Shown here: in pieces, positions 61,378 through 64,000 of the stretch
Layout of the letters: each line of letters opens with the position of its first letter
How positions within the stretch are numbered: the stretch's first letter is position 1
Source of the DNA: Mobula hypostoma
Lineage: Eukaryota
DNA: 64,000 nucleotides
NCBI RefSeq assembly: GCF_963921235.1
Contig: NC_086097.1
Coordinates: 66,776,001 to 66,840,000 of the forward strand
Direction of reading: 5' to 3'
Translations under genes and position numbers: made by a program
Notes under the pieces: generated by a model
What the model was told of the DNA's origin: nothing
Database searches by the model: none
Seen by the model: only the letters and a program-made list of their open reading frames with translations

Positions 61378-61440
61378 GTCACGAGAGAAAGAGTTTGTAG
61401 AATGCCTTTAGATGTAGAATTTTAAGATGGCTTTTTAGAG

Positions 61441-62228
61441 CAGTGGTCCCCAACCAAAGGGCCGTGGACCAGTATCGGTCCCCAAAGCATGTACTACCAG
61501 GCCGCGAGGAAACGATATGAGTCAGCTGCACCTTTCCTCATTCCCTGTCACGCACTGTTGAACTTGAACATAGGGTTGCCAACTGTCCCGTATTAGCCGG
61601 GACATTCCGCATATTGGGCAAAATCGGTTTGTCCCATACAGGACCACCCTTATCCCGTATTTCCCCCACTAGGGTAGAGAGTTCCTCTGAAACCTTTCGT
61701 GCTGAAATGGTGTAAAGCGAAGAAGCAATTACCATTAATTTATATGGGAAACATCTTTGTGTGTTCCCAGACCCAAAAAATAACCTACCAAATCATACCA
61801 AATAACACATAAAATCAAAAATAACACTAACATATAGTGAAAGCAGGAATGATATGATAAATACACAGCCTATATAAAGTAGAAATAATGTATGTACAGT
61901 GTAGTCGGGAAGATGAAGGCAAAACTGATTTATGGGGAAAAATCGCACGTACATGCACGTGCACGTCACGCATGTGCACACAGGTGCCCGCGCAAGGCTT
62001 CATGATCATCGTAGTCTTTCCTGGGGTAAAGTGTCCCAGGATTTGATTGCTACTTTTTCCCCTTATTTGGGAGTGAGAAAGTTGGCAACCCTAACTTTGA
62101 AAGACGTGTTGAGGTGAGTTTAACCCTAATTGAACACCGCGCCACCCCCCCCCCCCCACTCGGCCGGTCCGCAAGAATATTGTCAATATTAAACTGGTCA
62201 ACAGTGCAAAAAAGGTTGGGGACCCCTG
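61441..62228 (+). mobile_element. hAT Charlie3/MER1-like non-autonomous element
   Basis: TIRs CAGTGGTCCCCAACC / GGTTGGGGACCCCTG; perfect TSD TTTTAGAG; both ends match 38847-40851 in the opposite orientation. Confidence 0.9.
61571..62093. mobile_element. Nested hAT-like MITE
   Basis: TIRs TAGGGTTGCCAACT / AGTTGGCAACCCTA with TGTCCC subterminal motifs; no clear TSD. Confidence 0.75.
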
Positions 62229-62959
62229 TTTTAGAGCAGCTTGTGATCAAGTGCCTAAGGAAAAAGCAATTCTGGATTTGGTATTGTGCAATGAACCAGC
62301 TTAAGGTAACAGAACTAGTAAATGGCAGTGATCATAATATGATAGAATTCATACTATAGTTTGAGAAGGAGAAGCTAAAATCATACATATCAATATCACA
62401 GTTGAGTAAAGGAAACTATAGAGGCATGAGAGAGCATCCAAGAGAAGAAGCAGCATTCTAAAGGATGATGAGGCAACTGTGGCTGAAAATGGAACTGAAA
62501 GACAACATAAAGCAAGAGAAGGCATACGATTTTGCAAAAATTAATGGAAAATATGACTGAGATGCTTTAAAAACCAACAGAAGTCAACTAAAAAGGAATA
62601 AGGGGAGAAAGGATGAAATATTTTATTTTATTTAGATACAGCACAGTAGCAGGTCCTTCCAGCCCAATGAGCCCGTGTCATCCAATTCACCTACTAACCC
62701 AAGAAGACAGCAAATTGCTTGGAGGGAGAGAGAATTTAAAAGAATTGAGCAGGGGTAGTTGACACACTTTGTGCACCATGGTCCCAAGGAAACACTGGAT
62801 TACATAGCGGGAGAAAGAGTTTAAAAGAAGCGAGCAGGTCATTCAGCACATTTTGCCAGACGCAGTTCTGAGGAGACATTGGATTGATCTCAAGGGATGG
62901 AACATAGTGAGAACCAAGCTGACTCGGGTTGGAGCCGAAACCCGGAGCCTGCTTTTGGG

Positions 62960-63620
62960 AATTTTCTCTCAGGCAGGAAGGCATGTGGATAGAGATGACA
63001 GGGAGCGACTGAGAAGACGGGAGTAGCGAACAGAAGGTGATAGGAGTTGTATGGAGAAAAGCAAATGGCAAGTTTCTGGGAAACAGAAAAATAAGTGGTT
63101 GATTGAGGACTGTACTGGCTTATTGTCCAATAATGAAGGTAGTAGACAGGATTTAAATAAAAGAAGGAATGAGGAGTTTAAGGTTTTATTGAGTTTTGAA
63201 TGTGGACCTGTTTCTGATATTGATTCAATTAGATTAACTAAGGAGTTGAAAAAAGCATTAGGTATTGTGACTGCAAAACCTTCAAGAGATGGGGCACTCT
63301 TAGTATGTTGTAAATGTAGTAAGCAATGTGAGAAAGCTCTAAGGTTAAAAGCTCTGTGAGGAAGGAAAGTAACACAAAGAAATTATATTGAATGATAGTG
63401 GCTTTGGGGAGTAATCTCCTGAGTGCCACTAGATGTATCCATGAAGCAAGTTAAAAATAATTTAGTTGGGGAAAAAATTGTGGACACTAAATGTTTAAAA
63501 CTCTTTTGTTGTGGAGTTAGAATAGATAACTTATCTGTGTTAATTAAATCTGATGGGGAATAAAGTTGCCAGATGGGGTTAATTTAGATTATATGAGTTA
63601 TGGACGTTGATTCTATGCGC
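62960..63620 (+). mobile_element. Nimb/I-clade LINE ORF1 (gag-like) fragment
   Basis: LTKELKKALG..AKPSRDGALLVCC....Q..KAL.LK.L.GRKV, VPLDVSM.QVK.NL and LSVLIK remnants. Confidence 0.6.
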
Positions 63621-63719
63621 AGCCCCCTCTGAAATGCTTTCAATACCATTAGTTAGCACAAATTTCCCACTGGCTATGAAGCAGTTTAGATGTGGTGATA
63701 CAAAGGGTAAACAATATAA

Positions 63720-64000
63720 GAAATTGAGTGCAATATTGTTGCTACACCACTCAACAAGCTGATCTATCTCATTCCTGTACACCTCCTCATCACCATCTGA
63801 AATTTGGCCAACAACAGTTGTGTCACTGGCAAAGTTATAGATGGTGTTTAAGCTGTGCCTAACCACACAGTCATGAGTGCAGAGAGAATAGAGCAGTGCG
63901 CTAAGCACACACCCCTGCGGTGCAACAGTGTTGATGATCAATGAGGAGGAGATATTATTTCCAGCCCGCACTGACTGTGGTGTCCTGATGAGGAAGTCAA
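63720..64000 (-). mobile_element. Rex1/Babar RT fragment, runs off the right edge
   Basis: APQGCVLSALLYSLCTHDC..FASDTTVVGQISDGDEEVYRNEIDQLVEWCSNN. Confidence 0.85.

Larger units (their letters stand above)
60580..62620 (+). mobile_element. Old CR1 endonuclease region split by two hAT insertions
   Basis: VVMGNFNMQVDWEN, EFVEC, DGFLE|QLV, AILDLVLCNEP and SDHNMIEF remnants are collinear. Confidence 0.75.

Overview
Vertebrate genomic DNA. The repeat content (CR1 dominance, V-SINEs, Rex1/Babar, Penelope-derived short repeats) suggests a cartilaginous fish such as a ray; this is inference. No host protein-coding gene is recognisable. Most of the window is nested transposable elements: the 5' end of an L1 with an intact ORF1; a complete but decayed Ty3/Gypsy element with 94/91-bp LTRs, a tRNA-Leu PBS, a 5-bp TSD and an apparently exact 1268-bp internal duplication; many CR1 copies; Rex1/Babar and Nimb/I fragments; a twin-primed inverted L1; hAT, Tc1/mariner/pogo and MITE elements; a Penelope GIY-YIG fragment; a partial solo LTR; and SINEs. 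The most unusual signals are (i) Penelope-derived short repeats carrying minimal hammerhead ribozyme motifs, one standing alone between 14-bp TSDs, (ii) a ~1.65-kb non-autonomous element with a 44-bp VNTR whose units carry a Pol III B-box-like motif, (iii) composite transposons bounded by ~55-67-bp Tc1 mini-MITEs, and (iv) a 61-bp module shared by two DNA elements with unrelated termini. Family names come from recalled motifs, not database searches. Boundaries of decayed repeats are approximate.
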